From Chlorokybus atmophyticus (Eukaryota > Plantae > Mesostigma and Chlorokybus algae), in contig RHPI01000249.1 of the NCBI GenBank assembly GCA_009103225.1, positions 1-13,345 on the forward strand: a DNA stretch of 13,345 nucleotides, given 5' to 3'. The notes under the pieces were generated by a model. That model saw only the letters and a program-made list of their open reading frames with translations, was not told where the DNA came from and did no database searches. Shown here one piece after another: positions 1 to 8,470 of the stretch (positions are counted from its first letter, which is position 1; each line of letters begins with the position of its first letter). Made by a program: the position numbers and the translations under genes.

Positions 1-55
1 TTAGTAAATAATTTATTGATTTGGAGCGAAGCCGGTTGGATTAGGGGGTAATCGG

Positions 56-103
56 TTGACTAAGGGGGTAATTGTAATCGATTACGATTACCCCCTTAGT
101 CAA
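56..103. repeat. 48-bp near-perfect palindrome (GGGGTAAT / GATTACCCC family)
   Basis: Arm 56-79 TTGACTAAGGGGGTAATTGTAATC is the reverse complement of arm 80-103 with one mismatch (73/86). Confidence 0.9.
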
Positions 104-558
104 TAGATTATCTTAATCAAAATTGATTACCTAATGTTAGATTACTTTCAGATAGTATATTTTTAATATAATAAAAGCTAAACTTAACAGTACGATTGCT
201 TTAAGTGCAATAAAACCCTGTAATTAAATTGTTGCTACTATTCTGTATTGTCTCTTTAATTGTCTCTATCTAAGATTTTTTGTAGCCACTGCAGGCAAAA
301 CAGCACTGGTATCGTAGATTTGACAGCGGCTCACTGCACTGCACTGCANATCGGCTGCTGCAGGCTGGCTTGCCCGCAGACTGCTGCAGGCTAGGCTGCA
401 CTTCCATGGTTTTAAGGCTTCTTTGAACCCTTTACTGTACTACATTGCGCCGCTGCTCTTAGATTGCATTAGACTACACAATCGGATTAAGCCACCACAG
501 TAAGAGTATTAAATTTACACAAACGATAAAGATTACCCAGGGCCTGGGTGGCCACCGT

Positions 559-608
559 CAGATTAGAGAGCCAGATTAGAGAGGCAGATTAGAGAGCCAG
601 ATTAGAGC
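559..608. repeat. 13-bp tandem repeat CAGATTAGAGAG(C/G), about 3.8 copies
   Basis: Units start at 559, 572, 585 and 598 (partial). Inverted copies lie at 4659-4671 and 9578-9601. Confidence 0.9.
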
Positions 609-632
609 GTTAGATTACGCTCTATTGCAGAT

Positions 633-672
633 CAGTGCAGTGCAGTGCAGCCCAGTCCAGTCCAGTGCAGTC
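633..672. repeat. Pentamer array (CAGTG)3-CAGCC-(CAGTC)2-CAGTG-CAGTC
   Basis: Eight in-register CAGNN units read directly. Confidence 0.85.
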
Positions 673-1254
673 TTTAATGAAGCATTCTATAGGCAAAACG
701 GCCCCTCCCTGATCGCAGATTGCACACCTTTAATTGCAAAACTGTTCTACACTATAAAATGCAAGAAAGGCGGTTTAAAAACCACTGAGAGCACGGCGGC
801 TGCTGCTGACAAACAGCACGGTGACTGGGTTGCTGTTTGCGAAATGCAACTCCGAGAATGCATGCAAAAGCAAGAAAGCAGTTACTGTAGGTGGCTACTC
901 CAACAAAGTTGAACTGCATGTAGCGGTATAGCAAGCCGTTGCACCTTTTTAAAAGTATTAAGATGAGAGCTGCAGCCTGCACTCCACCGTTTTATTCTAT
1001 AAATATGATAAAAGGGGGTGCAGTTTAGTTTAATAAAGTGCAGCTCAGTAGATGGGGAGGGGTAAGGTGCTGTTTGTCTGGAGCAGTCCAATAAAGTCCC
1101 GTCAGTACAGTCCAATCTAGTCTAGTGCAATTAAGTCTACTCTAATAAAGTGCAGCACCTATTTGCTTCCCGATGCATGCATGCTCTGCATGGCTGCAGC
1201 CGGGGTGTAGTGTTTGAAATATCGAATAAAAGATTTGTTAAAGTATATAATGAT

Positions 1255-2292
1255 ATGTCTAAGGAAATTTTAAGTAAAGAGATAGCGATATGGAAAGGAA
1301 AACCGAAAAAAGGATTAACTTTTGGAAAAAATAAAAAAGCTGGGCGTAATAATCAAGGAAAAATAACGATTCGCCATAGAGGAGGGGGCCATAAAAGATT
1401 ACAGCGAATTATTGATTTTAAAAGAAGTTACACTGATATAAAAGAGGTTGGCAACGGTAAACAGTCTTTATTAAACACTTCTTTCTTAGATCAAATTAAA
1501 TTACCAGGGGCGAAGCCTACCGAAGGTCGACCAGATGGGGGGGGGGAGCTTAAACTTAGTGCAGGGACTATTTCTCCTCTTTCGCAAACTGGAGAGTACC
1601 CACAACAGTCAGGTATTGTAGAAAGAATTGAATATGACCCTAATCGTTCTAGCTGGATTGCATTAATTGGTCATCTTAATAAAGAAAAAACTAAATACCG
1701 AGTAGAAAATAGGAAAAGTTCTAATGAGGAAACACTCTCACCAATTAAAGAGCAGTATGTCCAGTCTATGTCTTATATCTTAGCTTCTCATCAATTGAAA
1801 GCAGGGGATTTTGTAAGTTCTGGCCCTAATGTAGAAATACGGACAGGAAATGCTTTACCACTCATTAATATTCCATTAGGTACACTTGTTCATAACATAG
1901 AATTATATCCAGGAAGCGGGGGTCAAGTTGTTAGAGCAGCAGGTACTTCTGCACAACTTATAAAAAAGCATAACAAATATGCAATTCTTCGATTACCTTC
2001 TGGAGAACTAAAAAGTTTTCCTTTACAATGTATGGCAACAATTGGTATCGTTTCTAATCTTAACCATTTTAATACAGATTTAAAAAAAGCAGGCGCCTCT
2101 CGCTGGTTAGGACGACGACCTACAGTAAGAGGTGTCGCTATGAACCCTATAGACCATCCACACGGTGGTGGTGAAGGACGTACTTCAGGGGGTAGACCCT
2201 CGGTATCTCCTTGGGGTAAACCTACCAAAGGGTTTAAGACCCGTTCCGTACGCAAAAAAAGATTGTATCTTAAAAAGATTTTTGGGGTATAA
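1255..2292 (+). CDS. rpl2: Mitochondrial ribosomal protein L2 (uL2), 345 aa, with two variable-loop insertions
   Basis: uL2 motifs [55 protein letters not shown] and [21 protein letters not shown]. The start is placed at ATG 1255 (MSKEIL), not GTG 1150, because the upstream codons are TGCA-repeat sequence. Confidence 0.95.
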   Translation: MSKEILSKEIAIWKGKPKKGLTFGKNKKAGRNNQGKITIRHRGGGHKRLQRIIDFKRSYTDIKEVGNGKQSLLNTSFLDQIKLPGAKPTEGRPDGGGELKLSAGTISPLSQTGEYPQQSGIVERIEYDPNRSSWIALIGHLNKEKTKYRVENRKSSNEETLSPIKEQYVQSMSYILASHQLKAGDFVSSGPNVEIRTGNALPLINIPLGTLVHNIELYPGSGGQVVRAAGTSAQLIKKHNKYAILRLPSGELKSFPLQCMATIGIVSNLNHFNTDLKKAGASRWLGRRPTVRGVAMNPIDHPHGGGEGRTSGGRPSVSPWGKPTKGFKTRSVRKKRLYLKKIFGV

Positions 2293-2473
2293 ATTTAAAA
2301 AAGACTTTTATCATACTGCATGCAATACAGTTTAAATAAAGTGAGAATAGAGATAAGAACACCAATATGCAGTACAGTAAAGCTGCGCCCATATTCTGCT
2401 GTAGGGTTCACTAGACCTTTACCCCCAAATGGCCCAATCTAATCATCTACTGCATACCTCGCTGCAATGCAAA

Positions 2474-2513
2474 TAATCAATAGATTACCCCTCTAATCAA
2501 TAGATTACCCCTC
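2474..2513. repeat. 20-bp tandem duplication TAATCAATAGATTACCCCTC x2
   Basis: Exact units at 2474-2493 and 2494-2513, plus a 16-bp partial copy at 2796-2811. Confidence 0.9.
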
Positions 2514-3544
2514 TAAAAAGTATTTAAGAGCGCGCCTCGCTGCAGACAATCAGCTACGCTGCTCCATTCAGATCTGCGATCGGCGCGCCGCTGCTGGGGA
2601 ATCTATTGATCGGCGCTGCATCGATGGGCGAAGGCTACCGATTTCTCATATCGCAGATCAGGTAATGGGTTTGGATTAGAAAGTAATCGAAATCTATTAT
2701 GGGGGATTTGTTAAATTAGGATATGATCTTCTGCATGCAGCGATTACCCCAATCGATTTCGATTTAAAAAGAATCGAAATCAACCGCACCGCGCCTAATC
2801 AATAGATTACCGAGCAGATAACCACCAATCGTAAATCTGCTTAAATCCATTCTATTTATTTTAGAGTGTAGGCTGCACACCTCGCAATGCAGCTTAGCTT
2901 ACTGACATACTGTAGAGTTTACCCCAGTTAGGTGAGGTGCACAGCCGGATACCACTTCATACGACGCAATGCACCTGCATGCAGGTAATCAGTAGCTGAT
3001 CTGTGATACCTTTGCGGCACAGTCCTTAACATTGTAGTAGAAATTTAGTTTTGTCCGGTACAGTCAAGCGCAATAGAGCAGGCTGCAGTAATACAAAAAA
3101 ACGATGTAAAACATATGCTTGCAGCCTAGTGGAATAAAGTTTAGTTTAGTCTAATAAAGGAAAGTCTAACTCAGCCTTGCTGCCGGGCAGTAGTGCAAAT
3201 TTCAAAAAAGCATCAGATTACCCCGATGGGAGATCAGCGGGGGAATGTAATAAATGACCAGCCAAGGTGCGCAGCTGCATCTACTGTACAGTAAAGTAGA
3301 GTAAAGTAAACTAAAGTTTAGTAACCTTAATATTAAGTTAACCTTAATGCATTAGTATAGCGGGTTTACTAAAAATTTAAGTAATCGATTTCAATTCTAA
3401 AGTAATCGAAATCTATTAAGGCGCAGTGCGGAACAGCCGGTAAATTACTAATTAATTTTGATTAGGCGCAGTCCGGTCGATTCCCCCCTAAAATAGATCG
3501 ATTAGTAATCGATTTCGATCGGGGCAATCCAATCCGATTACCCC

Positions 3545-3596
3545 GCATGCATGCATGCATGCATGCATGCATGCATGCATGCATGCATGCATGCAT
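3545..3596. repeat. (GCAT)13 self-complementary microsatellite
   Basis: 52 bp of uninterrupted GCAT. A related (TGCA)6 tract lies at 12089-12112. Confidence 0.95.
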
Positions 3597-4234
3597 CAGA
3601 AGAATAACCCCAATCCAACCGTCTTCCCTCCGAATAAATAGATTACTGCAACAGTTTAATTTGCTGTTCTTCGAATCCTCTTTGACGCTGCAAAGAAAAG
3701 CTATGCTTTATCAGCTAGTGTAGTTTACAATACTGCTCAACGAATGCATATCCGCAAAGGTAGCAAGAGCGCTAGAACAAATGTGCTAGTTAACGAAGTG
3801 GCATCACTCCACCCCCTACCTGCACCCCGGTAGTCATGCATGTTCAGGGGTTCAAGGTGTTACAGAAAGCGAGGTTATATGTAAGTAGTTAATATTGAGT
3901 TTTTTAAAGACACGTTTTGCATGCCTGTCTTTCAGGTCAAAAATGACAGACTACTCCACAGCATTCCATTGTTTAGCAGTGTAACCGCTTTCCACCTTGC
4001 TGTCAGTGCAGTATAAAATCCGATTCCAGTGCTGCTGCTGCCTGCAACGCGGTGCAAAAGGGTTGCCTTCCACTGCATGCAGTTCGATGCATTGCTGTAA
4101 GCGCAATGGAATGGGGGGGGACAAAGCAAAAAAGAATAAACTTTGCTTTTACGATTGGGGGATATGCATGCAGGGGTAGACTTTACTTTATTTTACTCTC
4201 TGTGTAATAAAAAAATATAAAGAAAAATTATTGT

Positions 4235-4627
4235 ATGACACGATCAATATGGAAGGGGCCTTTTTTAGACCCTTCATTAAGAAAATTAATAGTAATTAAC
4301 GAAGAAAATAATAAAAGGAATCAAGAAGACCAATCATCTCTAAAAAAGAATTTTGTAAACGAAATTTTGGAAAAAAAAGGGGCTGCCTACCTAGATGCGT
4401 TACCAACCGTTGGTCATAAAGTAGGAAAAGAGACAACTTTTAAAAGAAAGATTTGGTCTCGTAGATCTACTATTTTACCAGAATTTGTCGGTCAATTTTT
4501 TGAAGTACATAATGGAAAACTGTTTATTCCCGTAAGAATTACAGAAGAAATGATTGGCCATAAGTTTGGCGAGTTTGCGTCTACAAAAAAAAAGCCTGTT
4601 CACAAAAAAAAGATTAAGAAAAAATAA
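4235..4627 (+). CDS. rps19: Mitochondrial ribosomal protein S19 (uS19), 130 aa, with an internal insertion
   Basis: Motifs [31 protein letters not shown] and [12 protein letters not shown]. Confidence 0.95.
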   Translation: MTRSIWKGPFLDPSLRKLIVINEENNKRNQEDQSSLKKNFVNEILEKKGAAYLDALPTVGHKVGKETTFKRKIWSRRSTILPEFVGQFFEVHNGKLFIPVRITEEMIGHKFGEFASTKKKPVHKKKIKKK

Positions 4628-4944
4628 TTTTTTGCTCTTTTTTAGAAAATAAATCTATCTCTCTAATCTGGATCTAGAATCTGGCGATCCCTACCCAGTA
4701 GCGCAGCCCCTTCGGTAGATCTTTCTATTCACTAGAAGTCAGTAGATCAGTAGATTACCTCACTTTACTTTAATATACAGCACCGTTATCGAGTAGAGCA
4801 GTCTGCCTTTAAAATTTTGCAAGTCTGCATGCACTAGGTTGAGCTAACAGCACAAGAACTGTTATCGTAGATCTGGCAGCATTACTGGGCTGGGCTGCAC
4901 TGGGCTGCATCCACCCCTTCCTGCAGTTGTTTTTCCCAAAATGG

Positions 4945-5095
4945 AGCAAAGTAAACTTCAGTGTATTGATTACAGACCACTGCATGCATGGATGCATGCA
5001 TCGGGAAAGTATAGCTCCNAAAGCAAAGTAAACTTCAGTGTATTGATTACAGACCACTGCATGCATGGATGCATGCATCGGGAAAGTATAGCTCC
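4945..5095. repeat. 77-bp-period tandem duplication joined across an N (possible assembly artefact)
   Basis: AGCAAAGTAAACTTCAGTG...GTATAGCTCC occurs at 4945-5018 and 5022-5095, with an N at 5019. Confidence 0.6.
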
Positions 5096-5185
5096 AAAAT
5101 GGTAATAATCACAAACTGTTGTAAATGCTGTTACCTAAGAAGGTATATCAGCAATTTTCAATGTTGTATAGTATAGTATAATAGA

Positions 5186-5230
5186 AGTAAAGTAAAGTAA
5201 AGTAGAGTGAAGTAGAGTAGAGTAAAGTGC
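5186..5230. repeat. AGTNN pentamer array (9 units)
   Basis: AGTAA AGTAA AGTAA AGTAG AGTGA AGTAG AGTAG AGTAA AGTGC. Confidence 0.85.
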
Positions 5231-5322
5231 TGTTGTACAAGTGCACAACTGGACACCGGTTCGTTTTTTCGAAGCCTTTAGTGCGCAGCTAGATTACCCC
5301 TACACCTAGCATTTTTAAAGGT

Positions 5323-5366
5323 AAATCTTTGAAATCTTTGAAATCTTTGAAATTTTGAAATCTTTG
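5323..5366. repeat. 9-bp tandem repeat AAATCTTTG x5 (one 8-bp variant)
   Basis: Units at 5323, 5332, 5341, 5350 (AAATTTTG) and 5358. Confidence 0.9.
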
Positions 5367-5432
5367 AAGTGGAGTAATGCAGTGCAGTGGAGCGCAGTCT
5401 GTAAATTTAAATAAAAAAGAAAAGATCAATAT

Positions 5433-5825
5433 ATGGTTAGAAAAATAGCGATTAATCTAAAATCTTTTGAAAAGGGGTTAATCAACAAATCGGTTAAACA
5501 AATTATTTCTCTATGTGAATCGTTTAATTTTAAAAAGAATAAAGTAATATATTTACCAACTGCATATAAAAGATTTACAGTCTTACGATCTCCTCACATT
5601 GATAAAAAATCAAGAGAACAGTTTGAAATGAAAACTTTTAAAAGATTATTAAGTATCTCTTTTCCTATGAAAAATGATCTACAAGATTCTATTATCTTTC
5701 ACCCCAATCGTTCTCATAAGGTTCAAACTTTTTTGCAACTTTTAAAAAGGACTGAATTAACTGGAGTTCAACTTAAAATTACAGTATATTATGATACAAA
5801 GAGCAAAGCCATTCCAGATATTTAA
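5433..5825 (+). CDS. rps10: Mitochondrial ribosomal protein S10 (uS10), 130 aa
   Basis: Signature LPT..KRFTVLRSPHIDKKSREQFEMKTFKRLL, with ATG start and TAA stop. Confidence 0.94.
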   Translation: MVRKIAINLKSFEKGLINKSVKQIISLCESFNFKKNKVIYLPTAYKRFTVLRSPHIDKKSREQFEMKTFKRLLSISFPMKNDLQDSIIFHPNRSHKVQTFLQLLKRTELTGVQLKITVYYDTKSKAIPDI

Positions 5826-5838
5826 AAAGTTGGTGTTC

Positions 5839-5856
5839 GGTCTGGGAGTGCAGACC
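5839..5856 (+). terminator. Short stem-loop just after rps10 (possible mRNA 3' end or processing signal)
   Basis: GGTCTG-GGAGTG-CAGACC, a 6-bp stem starting 14 nt after the stop. Function is inferred from position only. Confidence 0.25.
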
Positions 5857-6216
5857 CTGCATGCAGGTATCTTGTGCTACCACGGCAGAGTTACAATTCC
5901 ATCTACACACTAGGTAGTAATCGTGTTAGAAAATAGATTTGATTAAAACCTCAATAAAGTCAAGCGCAATGCTCACTCTCTTATTGTTCAGTAAAGCAGG
6001 TGCAGTTGATGGTGCAGTATGATGGGCCTTGCTTTACCTGGCAGTGCAGTGCTGTCAACATATTTTATCGGTACACGCTGCATCTGGTAGCTTCCTAAAC
6101 TTTATAGTTTCTAATGAGTTACAAAAGTGTAAAGATGTATAGCCGCTGCGGTGTTACTAGTAACTGAGCTATTTTTAGACTTGGCGTATTTGAAACCTTT
6201 CATAAATAGATTGCTT

Positions 6217-6289
6217 GAGCCGTATGCTTGGAAACAAGCACGTACGGTTCTGAGGGGGGGAAAGCTTGAAAAGGCCGACCTATCCCAAC
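6217..6289 (+). mobile_element. Group II intron 3' end: domains V and VI (IIB-like)
   Basis: Canonical 34-nt DV GAGCCGTATGCTTGGAAACAAGCACGTACGGTTC (6217-6250) with AGC triad, GAAA tetraloop and AC bulge. DVI pairs a G-run with CCTATCCC, leaving A6282 bulged 8 nt before an AC 3' end at 6289. The upstream extent of the intron is not resolvable. Confidence 0.93.
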
Positions 6290-6331
6290 ACATACAGTTT
6301 TGTATCATGGGTTCGAATCCCATTTCCTCCG
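6290..6331 (+). tRNA. trnS: 3' exon only of tRNA-Ser(GCU): long variable arm, T-arm, 3' acceptor strand, G discriminator; no CCA encoded
   Basis: ACATACAGTTTTGTATCATGGGTTCGAATCCCATTTCCTCCG: variable stem ATACA/TGTAT, T-arm ATGGG-TTCGAAT-CCCAT, acceptor TTCCTCC+G. From memory it closely matches the 3' part of land-plant mitochondrial trnS(GCU), with the junction at the liverwort trnS(GCU) i43 site. The anticodon is not in the window, so GCU is inferred. Confidence 0.85.
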
Positions 6332-6595
6332 CTTCCTGGTTTAATAGATTTCCTTTTTTGAGTTTACCTCTTGCTTAAAAGAGAGTACAGCCGCGTGACA
6401 GCACTTCTTGCATAAGTCTTAGATACCTGTATTTACTGCAGAAGTTGCAGCGGCCGGTTTTTACCCGAGCTGCAGGAACTATAACTATACGCGCTGCAAT
6501 ACAGCAGCAGCAGCACTCCATTAAATAAAAGGGGGGTGTACCGGCGGCAGTGCAGTTCAGTAAGGTACTGTCAGATCTACAATACTAAGGTGGTG

Positions 6596-6690
6596 CAGTG
6601 CAGTGCAGTGCAGTGCAGCCCAGTCCAGTCCAGTCCAGTCCAGTCCAGTGCAGCCCAGTGNAGTGCAGCCCAGTGCAGCCCAGTGCAGCC
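6596..6690. repeat. CAGNN pentamer array, 19 units (CAGTG/CAGCC/CAGTC)
   Basis: 95 bp in perfect 5-bp register. The N at 6661 makes the true length uncertain. Confidence 0.9.
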
Positions 6691-7227
6691 GTGCAAAGAT
6701 GCAAAGGTCCAATTTAATGTAATCGAGCTCCAGTCTAATGCAGCCTGTAGCAGCGCAATTTAGTTTGAGCTAGGTCAGTGTCTCCCGCAGTACAGTCCAG
6801 TCCTACCTTGCCATGAGCCTGGGTACAGTCCAGTGCAGCGCTTATCTGTGCTAGAGAGTAATCTAAGGCGCAGTGCGGATTAAGTAAGAGCAAACTAAGA
6901 CTTTCTGATCTCAGTAGGCGGTAGGCGGTTGGGATACCAAGTTGCTGGTATGGTCTAGGCTGCTGCATGCAGACTGCTGCAGGCTGCTGCATGCAGTCCA
7001 GGCTGCTGCATCCATGCAGGCTGGATGCAAACCAGTGTACCAGCTAACGATTGAAAGCGAAGCCGATTGGGTTAGTAGCCGATTTGGCAGCATAAAAACT
7101 TTAATAAGTGTTGCATCACCATAATAAACCGGTACCGTACCTAGCCTATTTGAGTTTGAATAGCTATCACTATAAAATGAGATAGCCACACAAAAATGTG
7201 AGTTTTCCAGTTACAACAGGAAACTAA

Positions 7228-7283
7228 GACTGCACTGCAGTGCAGTCCTGCAACTGGTAGGATTTGAAATCCTACCAGTTGCA
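7228..7283. repeat. Two adjacent perfect palindromes (double hairpin)
   Basis: GACTGCACTGCAGTGCAGTC (7228-7247) is self-complementary. TGCAACTGGTAGGATTT-G-AAATCCTACCAGTTGCA (7249-7283) has perfect 17-bp arms. Confidence 0.92.
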
Positions 7284-7520
7284 TGCATGCAGTGAGAGGA
7301 AACTATCACTGCAGCAAGTGAGAGTGAGAGGAACAGTCTATTTACAACCACTGTTAGGCCAATACCTTCTTTATTCAGTTTATCCAACGGTCGACCTTTA
7401 AAATGTAATTCTTCATTTTCCAATAAATCAAGAGACACTGATAAATAAACTCCTGCTTTAATACGGCTCTGTATAATCACCTACTTTTGCTTTACCTAAT
7501 TTTGAAATTTCAGTTATCAA

Positions 7521-7634
7521 CACTGCACTGCACTGCACTGCAGTGCAGTAACCGTGCTGTCAGTGCAGCCCAGTGCAGTGCAGTGCAGTAACCGTGCTGT
7601 CAGTGCAGCCCAGTGCAGTGCAGTGCAGTGCAGC
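7521..7634. repeat. (CACTG)4 followed by a 40-bp tandem duplication and a CAGTG tail
   Basis: Unit CAGTGCAGTAACCGTGCTGTCAGTGCAGCCCAGTGCAGTG at 7541-7580 and 7581-7620. Confidence 0.9.
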
Positions 7635-8344
7635 GAGCCTATTTAAAGCATATACTCCCTTTTGAATCTCGTTAAATTGTACCAGGCGGCTGGAGCAGCA
7701 CAGCAGCCCCCCCTGTTTACTAACCCCAGATAATTGTCTAACGACATCTACAGGTAAGTGTAGCTGAAGTGTAGAGGGCAGCTAGACAAAGTGATGTCAA
7801 GGTGCGCAGCCGCTGGGCAAGTTAAACGATAAGTGTAACTGGTCTATCAGTAACAGATAGGCCATTTATTTTATTTCCGGTCTACAGCATCCACTGCGGC
7901 AGTAAATGCAGGTAATCGTTAGATTACGCTGCTGCGATCGCAGCCAGGTATGCAGCGCATCGAGGTTACCCCTCTCAGGACACTTGAAAAAGTGGGACCC
8001 TATCGGACTGTAACGCTATATCTATCAAAACTCTGTTAGAGTTTTTAGTAGAGTTCGTAGTCTATTTTGTAAAGTCTAAAAAGAAAGATCTGCTGCAATC
8101 CAATAAACCCCAACTTCGTTTGCTTTGCACCTCTGGTTGAGGATTTGCAGAACAGCGATCTATGAACAACTTTTTTTTAGTTTCTTCTGTTATAAAATTG
8201 TTCTATTGTTATAGTCCGGACCCTAGCGCTTACAATATAAAGATTCTAGTCTTCCCCTTTAACTAACCTTACAGTTAATCTTTTTACGTCATAAACATCT
8301 AGCTGTTCTCACCCACTTTGCAGATAACCGCCCGTTTTTAACCG

Positions 8345-8470
8345 GCTGCACTGGGCTGCAATTGGCTGGACTGCTGCAGGCTGCTGCAGGCTGCTGCATC
8401 ATGCATGCAGGCTGCAATTGGCTGGGCTGCTGCAGGCTGCAGGCTGCTGCATGCACTGCATGCAGCAGCC
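8345..8470. repeat. GC-rich modular GGCTGC/CTGCAG/TGCATGCA cluster
   Basis: Repeated GGCTGCTGCA and GGCTGCAATTGGCTG words. 8406-8430 is identical to 12160-12184 (25 bp). Confidence 0.85.

Noticed and set aside
625-982. ORFs 625-912 (+) and 752-982 (-)
   Set aside because: They start in repeats, overlap each other and have no recognisable motif.
1150-1254. N-terminal extension of rpl2 from GTG 1150
   Set aside because: It begins in the pentamer/TGCA repeat zone and has no uL2 similarity. ATG 1255 follows an A-rich leader.
1241-1254. TATATAA/TATAAAG words upstream of rpl2, rps19 and nad7 as promoters
   Set aside because: They are AT-rich words at inconsistent distances and cannot be supported without transcript 5'-end mapping.
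1923-2255. 110-aa ORF on the - strand
   Set aside because: It is an antisense shadow of the conserved rpl2 C-terminus.
3660-3833. 57-codon open stretch (FAVLRILFDAAKKSY...)
   Set aside because: It has no suitable start, is short enough to arise by chance and has no recognisable family.
5281-5300. GTGCG at 5281 (also 3266, 3426, 6873, 7802) as the intron 5' end
   Set aside because: None is preceded by a tRNA 5' half, and all sit in repeat words.
6083-6096. 14-bp inverted match with 10483-10496 (TCTGGTAGCTTCCT)
   Set aside because: A single 14-mer match in 13 kb is plausible by chance.
6111-6378. ORFs of 70 and 75 aa over the intron/tRNA region, considered as a maturase remnant
   Set aside because: They run through DV, DVI and the tRNA exon and show no RT or domain X motifs.
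6536-7189. Q/C/S/A-rich ORFs here and at 4809-5078, 8338-8538, 9608-9956 and 11798-11998
   Set aside because: They are translation by-products of TGCA/CAGTG repeats.
7455-7470. GAGCCGTAT on the - strand resembling the start of a group II DV
   Set aside because: No GNRA hairpin or complementary TACGGTT arm follows.
7541-7620. CRISPR-like repeat-spacer pattern
   Set aside because: The units are identical tandem copies with no unique spacers, there are no cas genes and the context is mitochondrial.
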